A stretch of DNA of 64,000 nucleotides from Marsupella aquatica (Eukaryota; Plantae; Marchantiophyta), in assembly GCA_973895155.1 (NCBI GenBank), contig OZ316893.1:7092963-7156962 (forward strand), written 5' to 3'. Below are positions 62,087-64,000 of this stretch, piece after piece. The notes below the pieces were generated by a model that was given only the letters and a program-made list of their open reading frames with translations, was not told the DNA's origin and did not search any database. Made by a program: the position numbers and the translations under genes. Positions within the stretch are counted from its first letter, which is position 1; each line of letters opens with the position of its first letter.

Positions 62087-64000
62087 TGTGAGCGAACTGA
62101 AGGGAAGAATCCTTCTCACAAGCTACTGAGTTGATCAATTGGATCCAAATTTCACTTCGAGTACCAGCTTCAACGGTGGCTGCCACAACTGCTGTTCTGA
62201 GAGCTGAATCGACTGTTTATATATCGACGCTGTCCATGCAAACTCTTGGACCGCATCAATCTTACTTCCGATTGGCGAGGCAGTTTTGTCTGTATGCTTG
62301 GAACTTTTTTTCACGCCTCCGGGCACTCCGGCACTGGTTCCAATGCACCGCTGAGAATTGCTCAGAAATCATTATAAAAATGTTGCCCGTGTGAACCACG
62401 GAGACGAGCATTGAAGGCTACACTGACCTTTTTCGCCGTGATTTAGGGTGAAGTTAGTGGTAACTCCGTATCGCCTTCCGCTTGAGGTCGTCTGTCGACG
62501 TCGTCTAGACCGTGGTCTGTTGTGGAGATCAGGAGATGTCCTTGTCCGCTGTTTTTTCTTTCGTCCAGATGGTGATGTTTCCAATCAGATCAAATTGCAA
62601 CGTGCAAACTCCCGCCGATATATGGGATGTGATTGTATCAGTCTATGTTTTAACGACCTGGACCAAAAGTTAGAAGGGCCCCTATCGTTAGATCTTTTCA
62701 CCTAACGATTAAAATATGATTTTGGGTACACGGGCTGAGGAGAAGCAGTAATTATTTACTCGTTAGTTTGCACATTCAATGATTGCTACGAAGGTACAGA
62801 ATTGCAATCCTGACTGCTCATTCGTCTGATGGGCGGCTCCGATTACTTCACGGGCTTCACGATTAGCTTCAACTTTCGTCACCTTAAGAGCACCACCCCA
62901 TATTACACTCATATCACGAGAAAATCAGAATGTCTACTGTGCAAATACCATTTCTCATGTACAGTGTTTAGAAGCCGGAAGAATTCTGCCTACTGTGCTG
63001 AAATGCTCATGGTGCTGTACATTGACGTCAAATAGCATCAGTTACACTTAAACTTTTGGCAAGCTGGTTGGCCTGTTTAAGAGAACATTGTTTATTTACA
63101 AGAAAGACGAAAAGTACCGATCAGGACAAATTCTGAAGGGTGTGGTAGTGATTTTTCTGGGAATTAAGGGCGAGTTCAATGTGAGCCTCAACGAAGGGTG
63201 GAAGGGCTCAACATTGGGGATTTCCTTTTGGCAGTGATCTATCAGATCGAGTCAATAAGCTTGATCTTTGCTTCCAAGGTTACTGGAGCAACGGATTCAT
63301 TCAGTCAACTTATTAGTTCCTTTCTGTAAAATGTCATTGCTCAAAATTGTGGCATTAGCCTGTGAATCAACTGGTGACGAAGGGCATGAAATTTCACTGG
63401 GTATTGTACAGAAATACAGTAGTATGCCTAAGGTGATCATGACTCTTTCGCAAGATGGAATCTGTGCAAGTGAGGTCACTTTTTCAGAAAGAAGGACGTG
63501 CGCGCTCATACCACTTTGGACCTCTCATGCTGTTCAAATTTGCACCCACAATCTGTCCAGTGAGAGACGTAAGCATTTCACATGGCGACTACGGTAATCG
63601 ATCATGTCTTAGACCTCTTTCTTCTTTTTGCCTCGAAATTGAACATTGTTAGAGAAATCCGACCCGCAAAAGAGGGACAAGACGACCACCCCTGCCAGGC
63701 CTTGGAACTCTTTTGGTAAAGACGAGGCTACAATGATCACAGAACAGATAGGCCCAGTAGGAGCTCTCGAGAAGCCTGCAGCCAACATCCTGGACAAAAA
63801 GGACCTGATCAATTGGCGACTGACAGCCGACGATGCCGGACGCCGTGATGATTCAACTTGTATTGTGAGCACTGAGCATGATCATCGCCTAAACAACCGT
63901 TCCCACCCGCCGTTTGGCAGGGTTTGTGGGCCAGCCGGACTCATCAGATCATCCGAGGTCAACACCATCGCGCCTGACCTGATGAGGAGTTCCGAATTAG

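Overview
Eukaryotic land-plant DNA, most likely a bryophyte-grade plant (inference from gene content). Host genes are a 16-exon ACT-domain Raf-like kinase (STY8/17/46 type, minus strand, 1947-8179), a small DUF1232 gene (54219-54521) and an intronless alpha-expansin (61352-62086). The middle 40 kb is a transposon nest that I resolved by hand from target-site duplications (TSDs). A non-coding AGT...ACT element (12498-39952) contains an inverted copy of itself (12810-38466). That copy contains Copia A (13505-34975), which contains a Ty3/Gypsy-type element (~14231-29830), which contains Copia B (16215-21051). The window also holds two TG...CA solo-LTR-like inserts (one with a long ORF), a full PIF/Harbinger transposon and four MITEs. 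The standout is the Gypsy-type element. Its polyprotein reads gag - protease - C5 cytosine DNA methyltransferase - RT - RNase H - integrase - PHD finger. It has no LTR pair, although it must be younger than a Copia whose LTRs differ by about 2%. Its flanks instead carry mirror-image arrays of a 17-bp motif. All alignments and counts were done by eye; no database searches were run.
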